Positions 1 through 13,556 of a stretch of DNA of 64,000 nt are shown here, in pieces. The stretch is taken from NCBI RefSeq assembly GCF_009914755.1, contig NC_060931.1; one strand, given 5' to 3'. Both the position numbers and the translations under genes were made by a program. This DNA comes from the human T2T-CHM13v2.0 reference genome, Homo sapiens. Numbering within the stretch: position 1 is the first letter of the stretch; each line of letters starts with the position of its first letter. The notes under the pieces are model-generated. The model saw only the letters and a list, made by a program, of their open reading frames with translations. It was not told the origin of the DNA and ran no database searches.

Positions 1-557
1 TTCTTACCTTCCAGAAAAGCGGGAAAGGGGTCGGGGTGCAAAGTTATAAGAGGTTGGGGTGTAGAAATAAGGGATCGGGGCACAGAGATATGAGGTTGGG
101 GTACTTGCCCTTCCTCCAGAAAAGCGGGACTTGCTGCTAAGGGTGAAGAAGGGGTTGAGGGCTTCTTGCCTCTCCTCCAGAAAAGCAGAGAAGGGGTAAG
201 AGACATGGAGAGAAGGGGTTGGGGTACTTGCCCCTCCTCCAGAAAAGCAGGACTTGCTGCTAAGGGTGAAGGACCAAGGCAGGCATCCCTGCGTGGTCTG
301 ACACCTCTGAAACGTGGGTGAATAATCAGAGAGGCATCCCTGCTATGATTAAACACCAAGGGAAGTCTGCCCTCCCAGTCCGTGACCAGCACTGGAGTTT
401 TGGGTCCACGGATAAAATGTGTCTCCTTTGTCTCTACCAGAAAATGAAAGGAATTGAAATTAAGGGAAGGGAGAGATTGAAGTGTGGCACCAAGACTGAA
501 AGGAGAAAGAGGTTGAGGGATAGTGAGGGAGGTTGGAGAAGAGAGTAAAAAGAGGCC

Positions 558-566
558 ACTTACCGG
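558..566 (-). promoter_or_regulatory. HERV-H leader splice donor CCG|GTAAGT
   Basis: ACTTACCGG on + reads CCGGTAAGT on -, about 145 nt downstream of the 5' LTR, where the HERV-H major donor lies. Confidence 0.75.
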
Positions 567-689
567 ATTTGAAGTTGGTGAGATGTTTCTTGGGCTGGTC
601 GGTCTGAGGACCTGAGGTTGTAGGTGGATCTTTCTCATGGAGCAAAGAACAGGAGGACAGGGGATTGATCTCCCAAGGGAGGTCCCCCG

Positions 690-707
690 ATCTGAGTCAC
701 AGCACCA
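690..707 (-). other. Primer-binding site for tRNA-His
   Basis: Minus strand reads TGGTGCTGTGACTCAGAT versus canonical TGGTGCCGTGACTCGGAT (2 CpG-type transitions), 2 nt after the LTR end. Confidence 0.92.
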
Positions 708-709
708 AA

Positions 710-1110
710 TTTCATGCGTATCCATGTGAAGAGACCACCAAACAGGCTTTGTGTGAGCAATAAAAGCTTTTAACACCTGGGTGCAGGTGGGCTGAGTCCA
801 AAAAGAGAGTCAGCGAAGGGAGATGGGGTGGGGCCATTTTGTAGGATTTGGGTAGGTAAAGGAAAAAGGGGGGTTGTTCTCTGGCGGGCAGGAGTTGGGG
901 TCACAAGGTACTCAGTGGGGGAGCTTTTGAGCCAGGATGAGCCAGCAGAAGGAATTTTACAAGACAATGTCATCAGTTAAGGCAGGAACAGGCCATTTTC
1001 ACTTCTTTTGTGGTGGAATGTCATCAGTTAAGGCAGGAACTGGTCATCTGGATGTGTATGTGCAGGTCACAGGTGATATGATGGCTTAGCTTAGGCTCAG
1101 AGGCCTGACA
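710..1110 (-). mobile_element. LTR7, 5' LTR of HERV-H (401 bp)
   Basis: Minus strand starts TGTCAGGCCTCTGAGCCTAAGCTAAGCCATCATATC and ends ...CATGAAA. Has a 24-bp U3 direct repeat at 966-989 and 1017-1040. Confidence 0.96.
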
Positions 1111-1789
1111 CATATTTACAAAGCAACATTTTAAATCAAATGTTGCCCGCTTTGAATGGGGGTAAGTGCTGTGTAGCTACTTTAGTAAAATAGCTCAGTT
1201 GAATCTTGAGGGAAACTTTTTAAGACTGTGGATGGCTTTCTGGGGCCTCCAAGTGACCTCAGAATTGACCCCCTCCAACCTCTTTCCCCACTCCATAAAA
1301 TCAAGTAAAGCAGATACTGCCAAGATGCTTAAACAGAGATGACAGTGGGTGTTGGTGGGTGCTATGGGGATGTCTTGAGTGGTCAGTGTACTAAGATAGT
1401 GAATTTAACAAGAGCAGTCATCTTGCAGTTGGCACATGTTTGAGGTTCAAGGCTGCCCTTGTGTCCTTGTGTCATCATGTTTGTTGCCCACAACCCCCTC
1501 TGCTTTTCCTCTTGCTTCCTCCTTTAAATAAGAAAGCACTTAAGTATGTTTCCTGAAGGCTAAGCAGGATGTGATTTTTAACTGATTACTGGATGCTTTT
1601 GTATTTAATGGAGGGAATGTTCACATAAAAACCATGCTCAGTCCAACCTTGGAGAAACACTGGGAAACCATGACTTGTTTAATCTTGGAAAAACTTATCT
1701 AAACATTTTAGTTCATTGAGCTTTTTTTGTTGTTCATTGAATATTTGGTAGGTATATACATTGTAATATGCAAATTTAAATATATTATT

Positions 1790-1940
1790 TTATCTTCATA
1801 AAATCTCAGTGAAGTAGGTATTTTTATTACCCTATAGTACAAAAAAATAAAATGAAGATTGGAGAAATTAAATAATGCATAACTATCAAGAAGAAATCTA
1901 GCATTTGAAGTTTGGCAGTTGTGTGATATCTGAGCATGAA
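1790..1940 (-). mobile_element. MIR fragment (degenerate)
   Basis: Weak MIR core-like text (GTAGGTATTTTTATTACCC...GAAGATTGGAGAAATTAAATAA). Confidence 0.45.
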
Positions 1941-2099
1941 ATCTTGTTTTTCGCATGATGCCTGGTGGAGGACGTACTTAGCAAAGAGAGCAGCACATGA
2001 AAACATGGAACAGCAGAAGGAATTCCAGGATCTCCAGCTATTTCCTCATAACTGTTGCTTGGGGTGTGAATATAAGCATGGGGTGGCAAACCTAAAAAA

Positions 2100-2680
2100 A
2101 AGATGATAAAGGAAAGGTGGATACCGAGTACCTCATAATTGATTCTTAGGAAAAGGGCAATCATTGAAAAGTCTTCAGCAAGAAATACATAATTAGATTT
2201 GAATTTTCATAAAAACACGTTTAAAATCTTCATAGATTTATGGAGGATAATTTCAAAGAAGCTGAGTAGAATAATTCTATGATGATGTAAGAGATGATGA
2301 ACATAAACTAAGCCATTAGCAGTGAGTTAGGAAGAACTCAGGGGCATTTGAGGACATCTGAGAGATGTGAAGGGAGTGAAAATGCACAAGGCTTGTATCT
2401 TGATTTTGGTGGTGGGGGGTGGTGGTAAGGAAAAGGGAAAGATTGAAGATGTCCCTAAGATTTCCTGCTTAGAGAGCTTGGGGACTGGGTAGTTGGGTGA
2501 TTATAGTTTTCTGCATTAGGAATATAGGAGTGAGTATGAGAGGGAAAAAGTGAGTTCACTTTGAAATGTCTTATATACATTGGAGGTGTCTGTGAGACAG
2601 AAGGTACAAATATCCAGGAGACATTTGATATATGGCTTTGAATCTCCACAGAGTCTATCCTAGAGATATAGATTGTGGTC
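2100..2680 (-). mobile_element. L2 fragment
   Basis: Purine-rich antisense-L2 phrases (TGAGTTCACTTTGAAATG, ATATCCAGGAGACATTTGATATATGG). Confidence 0.55.
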
Positions 2681-3636
2681 CTGGACCCTACCCTAGACCA
2701 ACTAAATTAGTCTCTGGGGATTGGCCCATATGTTTTCCATTGAATCAATTTTATACTGGACAACTTAAAAGAAATATATTGGAGAATATCTAAGTAAGCA
2801 GGAAGAGGTAGCTTATGACAATATTTTTTATTGTGGAGAGTGAAAGATTAATGATTTAAAAGGTGAAAAAGGACTAATTCAGTTTTAACATTTTGAGGTC
2901 ATAAGCGTTTTATCATAATTTAGTATTGTGTGCATGTTTATTTCTTTTTGTATCTCATTAGAGAGGCATGCTTAAATGACCAATACATATTTTTGGGGAT
3001 TATTTTGCTATAGACAATGTGATCCCCTCAAAATAAAATAACGTATTTAACTCTACAGAAAGTATTCAAATCTCCAATATAAGCAGTCTATTTTTGGTGG
3101 GTTTGAAAAAAGATGTGCTTAGTATCAAGAGATTTGACTTTGCTACATGCTTTGGTCAAATTAGCTGACAGTTTTGGAGTTCAATTCAGTCTGATAAATT
3201 TAAGCAGCTACCATGTACATGGCAGTCTGTCAGCAGGGTAGGGAATCCTGAGACATGTGCAATGCTACCTCTTCCCTTAACGAAGTTTTACTCTAGAGGT
3301 AATTGACTTGGGCCCAGTCATATGACAAAACAGAGTAAGATCAGTGTAATAATGGAGTTGCAGAGTGTTTTACAATTTCAAAGAAAAGAGAAAAACTGTT
3401 TCATGCGGAGATCAGGAGAGAAAGCTGGCAAGGGAAGGGAACGTTTACTGAGTATATACCAGGTGCTAAGTTTCTTTCCAAATAATATTTAAAATTTTGG
3501 AACACTCTGAATAAAAAGTACTGTCTGATATATGAGTTTAATTCTAATTAACTATTAGTTTTTTAGTTAAATTGAGCCATGAGACATAATGTCTAAAATT
3601 AAGGTCTACTATTGTGCACTGCCCCTTAACATCTGG

Positions 3637-4389
<753 letters not shown>

Positions 4390-4904
4390 AGTCATGCGTA
4401 ACTCTCTAACCCAAATTTGATAATTTAACAATCACTTAAAAACCATTCAGTATTTTCTTGATGGAAAAATACAACACACAAAAAGTAAACTCCTCAGCCT
4501 AGCATGTAAGACATTCCACAATTTTAGTATGTGCCTACCGCTCCAACTTATTTTCCACAACTGGGAGCTACTCCCCATTCATTCTAGACCACTTACATTG
4601 TTTTGTAACTCTCTATGTTGTCACAAATATGTAAGCCTTTGCTCTTTTTTGCTTCCTCCATCTGGAAAAATACTTAATCTTTTGTCTAAAATCCTAAAAA
4701 TCCCACTCAACATCTGTACTATGAGACTTTCTTACACATCCCTCCAAGAAGCTATGTTTGTGTTTTCCTTCATGTTCTCACTGCACTGTTGACATATACC
4801 CATTAAAGCACATATTGCTCTATATTGCAACTATTTGTTCACATGCTTTTCTGCTGTGTTAGTCCATAACCAGCTTGAGAACAGGGTCCTTTTCTTGCCA
4901 ATCT

Positions 4905-5394
<490 letters not shown>

Positions 5395-6104
5395 ACTAAT
5401 CTTCATATTTATGGAAACTACCATAGCGACTATCATCTGAAAGGTGATATCAGTCTTTCAAAATTCCACCTCAACAAATGCTGTTGAATGAATGAATGGA
5501 TCATTGTGTAATTGTGTCTAGCTAACATGAATTTTATAGCTACAAAACTCCCTTGACAAATATAACTTGATTTCTGCTTTTCTTTCTTCCTTACCACTCT
5601 TCTGATCTAAGTAGTATGAGGCTTAAGAATTATTCAGGTATGGGAACCTCAGATCCTGAGCCATCTCATAGCATCTGTTGGCCACCACTGAGCTGTAATT
5701 GATTTGGCTCTTTTGAGTGTGTGATCTGCTTTCTGCTTCTTTTGTGCCTTCTCAGCAGCCAAGAAATCTCTGACTGATTTATCTGCACAACTCCAGGTTA
5801 TGCAGCCTCCATGAGCATTTCCTTGGGAACCACACTCATCCTTCCTATACTGCCATTCTGAAACCATGCTTTCAGTCTTTTTGGGCTATGCCCTGGGAGA
5901 AAAAACACATGTTCTGTCTGCACTGGGACCACCTAAACTTATATTGAGTTTGTGTCACTTATATTCCATAGTCTGAAGATTCTCTCTACTATTTTGGATA
6001 CTCATTTTAAAGTCACAATAAATTCCACCTCTTCTGATATTTCCTAAAGGGAAGATGTCATCTTTTCACTTATATGGGAAGAGATCTCTTTTAAACTTCT
6101 AGCA

Positions 6105-6230
6105 TCTGTGTATATCTGTATATCTATATAGATAGATATATAGACGACAGATATAGGTGTGTGTGTACACATTTATACATGTATATATGTGTATATATAC
6201 ATATATGTATGTGTGTGTGTATGTACATAG
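6105..6230. repeat. (TA)/(TG) low-complexity repeat
   Basis: Alternating purine-pyrimidine runs seen directly. Confidence 0.85.
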
Positions 6231-9109
6231 GTACTCTTCATTTTTTTCAACTATATGATATATTTGTTTTGGCTTTTCAATGAGAACTTAAGCTTCCCCT
6301 CCATGTTTTTGAAACATTCTTTTAAAATAAGTAAATAATATCCGCAAATGTTATTATTCCTTTAAAGAATTATGTATAATCTAATTATTGTATATTACTT
6401 TTGTGTCCTTCCATTAACATACCACTGTAAATTAGTTTTGTAGCTGTTTGGTGAATGGTTTCCTGGTGAATGAAAAACAGCAAACTTTACACTAAATCAT
6501 ATTTTTATAGGAAGTCAATTCCACTACAGCAAAGACCATTTCTAAATGTCAAAAACTGTTCTTCAGCTTTAGCTATGGCCTACTTACTTCGCATAATACT
6601 TAATATTAGAGCATTCTAGTATGACAATAGAATTGGGACAATCTCTGAGAGTTCATGATAATTAGATTTGCAGCTGGCTTTCAGTCTTTTCAATTTTTTT
6701 CTTTTAAAAAATTTAAACACAATGGGGAAATGAATTAAATATTGCATGTCAGTTAGCTCAGTTATGTTGTAAAACAATCATAATATCAAATTACACATGC
6801 CATCCATCCATGGACTTACTCAACTGTAAGAAAATAGTCTCATGTTCTGTAAAATGAAATCAAACTAAAAGATTTAATCTAACAAATTCAATATTTGATA
6901 AGCAATAAAAAGTGACATTTCTTGGTCTGAGGAAAGACTTAAATATCTGGACAAAGACATATGCTTCTGGAAAAAGATTGTTTCTTTTGTTCAGATCGTG
7001 CCAAGTAGAAATACTGTCTCTATTACTGTGGACATTTTTATTATCATGTCTCAACAGGAGTGCTCTGGTTGAGAAAGCACTTTCATTCTAACTTTCTTAA
7101 TCCCCATTGGCTCTAAGTTTCTAAGTAATTTTTAATTTCAATCCAGAACTGTTTTTTTTCTTTTTTTTTTTTTTTGAATGTTTGATAAAATTCACTGTGG
7201 CTCATTTTGGGTTATTGGAGCATAAAAATAAAAAACATTTCATCAGATAAGTGATATTTCATGTGCTCTGGGGATATTAAATGATTTTGGAGAGTCAAAC
7301 ATCCCTTGGAATATAATTATTTAATAAAAACAATTTCATCAGAAGTAAGACTAATGAAATAAATGAGTGGTAGATTGAGAGTTGGAAGGGTTATAGAATC
7401 TGGCACCTGAATAACTTGTTTTGTTATAAATGGTTTAATGAGTCAGTTCTCTTCTTTGTTGAGTGGGGAATCATGAACAACAGGTTGCTCTGTGGCTGCC
7501 CAGTTGCCCCACTTCTAAGATGTGATTTCTACATCTTTAATATCTTGGACACTTAGCCCCAAGTCCTTCCTTTGTGCAGATTCTCATGTCAGAAAGAAAA
7601 GTGAAATAGGGGAGAGAGGAGATAAGAATGGTACTCAAGACTCGGTCCTCCCTCCTCTACTCCCTGTCTGTATCTCTCAGAAAGGCTCTAGCCTTTCACT
7701 TTAGCGAGAGAAATCTCCATGAAGGAGATTTGTCACTGCCCCCTATCACAGCTGTATCTCAGTTACTTGCCCTGCCGTTTTCTTTGTTGCTCTTTCTTGC
7801 CCTGAAATTCCAACAACTGAGATTATCAGAAGGAGCAGCTGTTATTTAAGGCTACAGTTATCAAGACTGTAGCAGTGCTTTTGGTAGAAAAAGTCAAGTC
7901 AGTTCACCAGTGTCAGGGAACAGAGCTAAGGAAAGAAGTGCTGCCTCAGTGAGCCAATATTTATTTCATGGCTACTGCCTATCTGATTGAATGTAAATCA
8001 AATGGTAATAATTTGCATAATTGTGTACACTTGGTGCTCTATCAAGACCCTCTCTGATCCCTTTTACCTGTTCTGTGCGTTCGTGCTTCAGCTTCTGTGT
8101 GCTGTGCTTCTCACTGTTCAGCCCTATGACCTTCTTAGAGGACTGTCCTCATGCTAATGGAGCTGCTTGCTGGCGTGCACAGACAGCAAACCACCTGCTC
8201 CAAATCACATGCAGACAAAAGAGAGAAGAGAACTGTGGCTGCAGCACCCAAGACTGTATGCTCATGAAAATATTGGCAAGCCTTTCTGGAATAATTAGAA
8301 TAATTTTAGGTGGGACATGGTAAGATTAGACATTTAATAACATAGCAATATTAAAATGTCTCATTTTATAGAACCATGGAGATGTCAGGGACTTTGAAGT
8401 CAATTTTGTCCCCCTTCTTCTCCTCACTTGTACCTTACTTAGAGAAAGTCATAGCTTTACCATGTGTAAACCACTCATTTATAAAGTCTTATAGGATTAC
8501 TGATTCTACTGCCTTTGAAATTCTATGATCTTTTTTTCCCTATAAGTTAAGCCAAACTTTGAAATCTCTCATGTAACAACTATTGAATGTATTTAGCCAA
8601 ACTTTTCATGTTTCATTATTTTTTTTTTTTTTGTCTAATTTTGTTTGGAAATGGAAAACGGTCTGTCATCATTGTCAGGATAACAATCTTTCATACACTG
8701 GAAAACTATTATTATGTTGCTTCCTCTTGAGTTGACAAAATAATTCCCTTCTTTGCTTTCCAACCATTTAATCATCTTGCTGTCTTCAGAGTCCTTTTTA
8801 AGTTCCCTTTTCTCTTGAGTTTACAGCCCAGAACAACATATTAAGTAAGTGTATTTAATAAATTAAGTAACCAAAAGCTGCGAAATTCGTTTGCTCTACT
8901 GAACATTCTGTATGTTTACTTTAGGCTTCTTTCTGAAATATTGCATTAATGTCCGTGTTTTCAATGCCTGATGAGTGAATGAATGAATGAATGAATGAAG
9001 TCAAGAGTAGTATACTACGGATATTATGTTTTGTTGCAGACCCTAAGGTTTTTTTTCTATGTTTCAAAAAGCAGCATAGGTAAATTATTTTGTCCTTGGA
9101 GTTAAGACT

Positions 9110-9310
9110 TGGCATCATGGAAGCAACCTGTATCAAAAGGCATTTAAGACTTAGGTTTAAATCCTGACTCTACTATTTTCAGCTGTAGGATCTTAGGCAA
9201 ATTGCTTAAGCCTGTTAACGGTACAGTCTCCTTATCAGTGAATTGGGGATTTCAGTAGATACTCTGAAGACTTCTTTGAAGATGGAGATGATGCATATTA
9301 TAACTTGGCA
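9110..9310 (+). mobile_element. MIR
   Basis: GGTTTAAATCCTGACTCTAC...GGCAAATTGCTTAAGCC...CAGTCTCCTTATCAGTG core. Confidence 0.7.
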
Positions 9311-9504
9311 GTCAGTAGCCCTTTAATGAATGGCTACTATTAATGTCATAGAGACCTTCAGTTTCAAGGAGAACCCAGGAAAGTCTTGATAAATGGGCCT
9401 TGGCTTTCCTGAAAGGTAAGTTTTCTCTGACATGGTCACAAAAATGGCTTCATTTGAGAAGGCTTTGCCTTGCAAATAACTTTCTGATTCCTTGGAGATA
9501 GTAT

Positions 9505-9690
9505 AAGGTATGATGAAAGGAGCACCCATATGGAATCGGGAGACCTGGATCTCTTCTTCTGCTGCTAATCATGTCTGTAACCATAAGCAAATCACTTAGC
9601 CACTGTGGGCTCCAGTTTCCTCATCAGTAATAAAATGAAGCAGTTGGAACAGAGGATCTTAATGTTCCTTTTAAGATTTTGTGACTCTGA
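9505..9690 (+). mobile_element. MIR3-like SINE
   Basis: GAGACCTGGAT...AAATCACTTAGCC...CAGTTTCCTCATC...GTTGGAACAGAGGATC. Confidence 0.7.
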
Positions 9691-9772
9691 GAGTCTTTTT
9701 GAAGAGCTCCTGGAAGACTAGCGGAAGGTAGTGAAGACAGTTGAGATGCTAATATAAACGAGGATCTTCTTT

Positions 9773-9853
9773 AGGTATAGGAACAGGATAATCTTCAAGA
9801 AAGGTATAGGAACAAGATAATCTTCAAGAAAGGTATAGGAACAGGACAATCTT
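9773..9853. repeat. 29-bp minisatellite, 2.8 copies
   Basis: AGGTATAGGAACA(G/A)GATAATCTTCAAGAA starting at 9773, 9802 and 9831. Confidence 0.95.
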
Positions 9854-11104
9854 TATAGTTAAAACTATATTTAAAAATACAAGGAAAAGCATTGCTCTTT
9901 TAATGTAAGTTGGAAATTTCGGTTCTTATTAGATATTTGGTAAAGCTCTTTGGCATTAAAATCCTTTATCCATGTAAATTACATGTTGCTAAGACTGCTT
10001 CTAATGGTGCTAGGAGCTCAAAACTTTGAACCAGATAGCATTAGGTTGAAATAAGAAAGAAAAAGATAATATGAAGGTAAGTGAGGTTACAATTGGTTGG
10101 GGTCAAGATGGTTAATGACATCATATTTTTTCCTTTTGTGCTTATGACCGCTATATCAGATGCATTTATTTCCAGGAGAGAGATTATTTTCATTATGATT
10201 CTGAGAGATGTACAGAGAACTACTTCCAGCTGAGACACTTACCAGAGTCCTTGGTTGAGAGACAGAGCTTTAAGATACCTAGCGTGCTTTATTTCACCTC
10301 TGTAAATTTAGAAGCTAGAGATGAATGATGAGGTTTCAGCTCAGTCCAATATTACTCAAGTTTCCTGCCAGAGGAGGTACGGCTATCTAAACAAAAAGAG
10401 ATTCAGTTTAAATTTTTCACCTCAAATGGCAATATCCATGATATATGTGCTGTATCCACCCCTGACAATATCACTATGGCTCCAACTACCTCCTTTCTCT
10501 TTTAGAGCAAATGACAGAGAACTTGGTAAACATGCCAGTGGGGAAAAAAAAGCTACACTGGTGGAACAGCTATTATAAAAATGTTGTACATTTTATTGTT
10601 AAAATATATTTTTTATTCATGATATTGAAAAAATAGAGAATGTATAAACAAGAAAATAAAAATCACTTAAAATAAAACCTTCCTGAAATAGCTATTGGTA
10701 ATATTTTGGTGTGTATTCTTTTGCTCTGGTCATATATGTGGTTCTTCAAACTGGGATAATAATGTGCATAGTATTTGACGTTTTTAAAGAAATACCTGAG
10801 ACTATCTAATGATAAATTTTCTATGACCTTACATCTTCTTTGGGAATATGGTTTTAGGGTTGAAGTAATGGTAGTGGGACAAAGAGTAAAACAGAAGTGG
10901 TGAGGGATGAGCTGGGAAGGCTTGAGCCTGGTTTGAGAAATAGTAAGGGCTTTGAGTGTCATGCTATGCAGAGTAGGGTATGGAAAGTTACTGGGTAGCA
11001 TAAGTATGGAGTCATTGATCCCACCTCCCTAAAACAGTGTGAGTTACACAGTTCAGCAGGACAAAGCCTAGGACATCTGAGATTCATTTATTGATCCTAA
11101 AGGA

Positions 11105-11330
11105 AGTACAATGATGTGGAACAAACACAGGCTTTGGACTCAGACATTGGGGGTTTGAATTCTGGCTCCTATACTCATGAGATACACCATCAGACCAGTT
11201 TTTTGTTACTTGTAGACTTCAGTTTCCTCATCTGTAAAATGAAGACGATAACATGTAGTTTGCACTGAGGGTTAAATGAGATACTACATGTAAAGCATAC
11301 AGCTTAGTTCTGGCATGTCTTAGTTTACTT
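11105..11330 (+). mobile_element. MIR
   Basis: GGCTTTGGACTCAGAC...TTTGAATTCTGGCTCC...CAGTTTCCTCATCTGTAAAATG...TTAAATGAGATA. Confidence 0.85.
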
Positions 11331-12317
11331 TTGTTATTCTTATTTTTAAAGTTAGGTCATAGAGGGAACATTGTTTTCCCAACAAATAAATTCTATAACA
11401 TTAATGAGTCTATGAAGGATTTCATTTCTTAGGAGTGATGACAACTTATTGGTGTATTTTAAAATTTCCCTTACAAAGAATTGTTCAAGAAATTTGGGGT
11501 TGATAATTTTCTATCAGTTTTAGTCACCAATGAAATCTAAATTAACAAGAATAAATAGTTTAGATGGAAAAAAATTATGAAGCTTTTAAAGCCAATGTGT
11601 CTTATGTTTCTGTCGTTGTTTATCTTTCTTAAGGTGAGAGTCCCTGTGCAGATTCACCATCTTCCAGTGCCATTTGCCCATTCTGCTTTGTTCTCCTCCC
11701 TCTTCACTGAGGCTTCCACTGGTCACTCTCTCCTGACCCTGGAGCTTTATTGCCAACAAACTCTTCTGCAGTCTCAGTCCCACCGCTTACAATAGGTCCC
11801 CTAACTCCTGTAGTACAGATTGTCTGGGTTTGCCTCTGGCTCTGCCTCTGACAAGCTGTGTGACACACATATGTACACAAACACACACAGAGAGGGAGAG
11901 AGAAAAAAAGAGAAAGAGAAAGAAAGAGAGAGAGAATATATACCATATAAGGTTGCTATGAAGATTCAATAAATGAAAGTATTCATAGAAATCAAGCACT
12001 TATAACAATAACTGGTAGATAGTAACCCCTATATATTAGCTACTATTTTTGTTATCTTCAGTAAAAGTCAGGATAATGGTAGCTACCACATGGCACTGTT
12101 TGGAATGAATTACACACTGTGTCTTAAAGCACTTAATCTAGAGCCTGGCACCAACTAGCCTTCGATGATGATAGTTATTAATGCCTATGTCTCAGCTCTC
12201 ATAAAATCACTTCAGTTCCTCCAGTGAGGGATGCTGTTTCTCACTTCCCGACCTCCATATATGCTCTTCTTTTTTTCTACAATCTTTTTCTCTGGGTAAC
12301 TCCTACTATCTCTCTCT

Positions 12318-12623
<306 letters not shown>

Positions 12624-12939
12624 CCTACTCACTCTTTAGATTACACTTACATGTCACTTCCCTGGGAAGTCATCTTTGTCAACAGCTCAAAAGGGTGAGT
12701 TGCCCCCATTCTGTCTCTTCACTTCCTCTGGCAAACTGTGTTTCCCTAGTCAGGGCATTTATTATCATTTATGGTGATTGCTGATTTTATTGTTTTTTCT
12801 TCCCTTCTTGTTGGTAAGCTTTACCAGAGGAGAAATAGTTTCTTTTGCATACCTTGGAGTTCCTGATATATAATATATATTAAACTAATAATAATAATAA
12901 TAATAAAATTGTCAAATCAGGAGTGGTAAGAGGAAAATC

Positions 12940-13250
12940 AGGAGAGTAATTTCTGAAATTCAACTGACAAATGTGTTTCAACAAGAGATTATTTAACAGT
13001 GTCAGTGTTAGGAGAGAAGTCAGGTAAGCTAAAGACTGAAATGTGTACCTGGATTTGGCCACTAAGAAATTGCCGGTGACTTAAGAAAGAGCGATTTAAT
13101 AATGTGCTGGAATGGGGAGCAGATTGCAGAGGGAAGAGGAGTGAAAGAGAGATGAGAAATTGGAGTAGTAAGTGTAGACCTCTTTTTCAGAAAGCTTAGT
13201 AGTAAAGCAAAAGAAAGTAAGAGGGCAGCAGCTAGGGAGCCCCTAGAGAT
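12940..13250 (-). mobile_element. L2 fragment
   Basis: GGATTTGGCCAC...GGTGACTTAAG...AAGTGTAGACCTCTTTTTCAGAAAG antisense-L2 phrases. Confidence 0.65.
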
Positions 13251-13254
13251 GGCC

Positions 13255-13494
13255 AGTGTGGGTGTGAGACTGTCACTCTGGGTCATGTGCTTGTGTGTGT
13301 ATCTCTGCATGTGAGTTTGTGTCTCTGTGAGTGTTTCTGTATATGCCTGTGTCTGTGTGTGTGTGTATGTCTATGTCTACTTATTTGTGTGTGTGTATGT
13401 GCGTGAGTGTCCATGTGTGGGTGTGTGACAATGTGTGTGTGCCTGTGTCTGCATATCTGTGTCTGTGGCAGTGTCCGTATGTCTCTCTCGGAAT

Positions 13495-13541
<47 letters not shown>

Positions 13542-13556
13542 AGAGAGAGAGTGTGT
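13255..13556. repeat. TG-rich tract ending in (GT)21(AG)7
   Basis: Degenerate TG tract, then perfect GT at 13496-13537 and AG at 13538-13551. Confidence 0.95.

Larger units (their letters stand above)
1..709 (-). mobile_element. HERV-H internal region (leader/pre-gag), runs off the window start
   Basis: Follows the His PBS on the minus strand. Carries repeated GGGGTACTTGCCC.TCCTCCAGAAAAGC.GGACTTGCTGCTAAGGGTGAAG units (about 97-149 and 221-271), typical of the HERV-H leader. Confidence 0.93.

Noticed and set aside
318-973. Short ORFs in the HERV-H leader and LTR
   Set aside because: They lie in non-coding leader/LTR sequence, and no gag homology is visible.
9773-9853. 29-bp repeats as a possible CRISPR array
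   Set aside because: There are no spacers and no cas genes, and the context is primate DNA.
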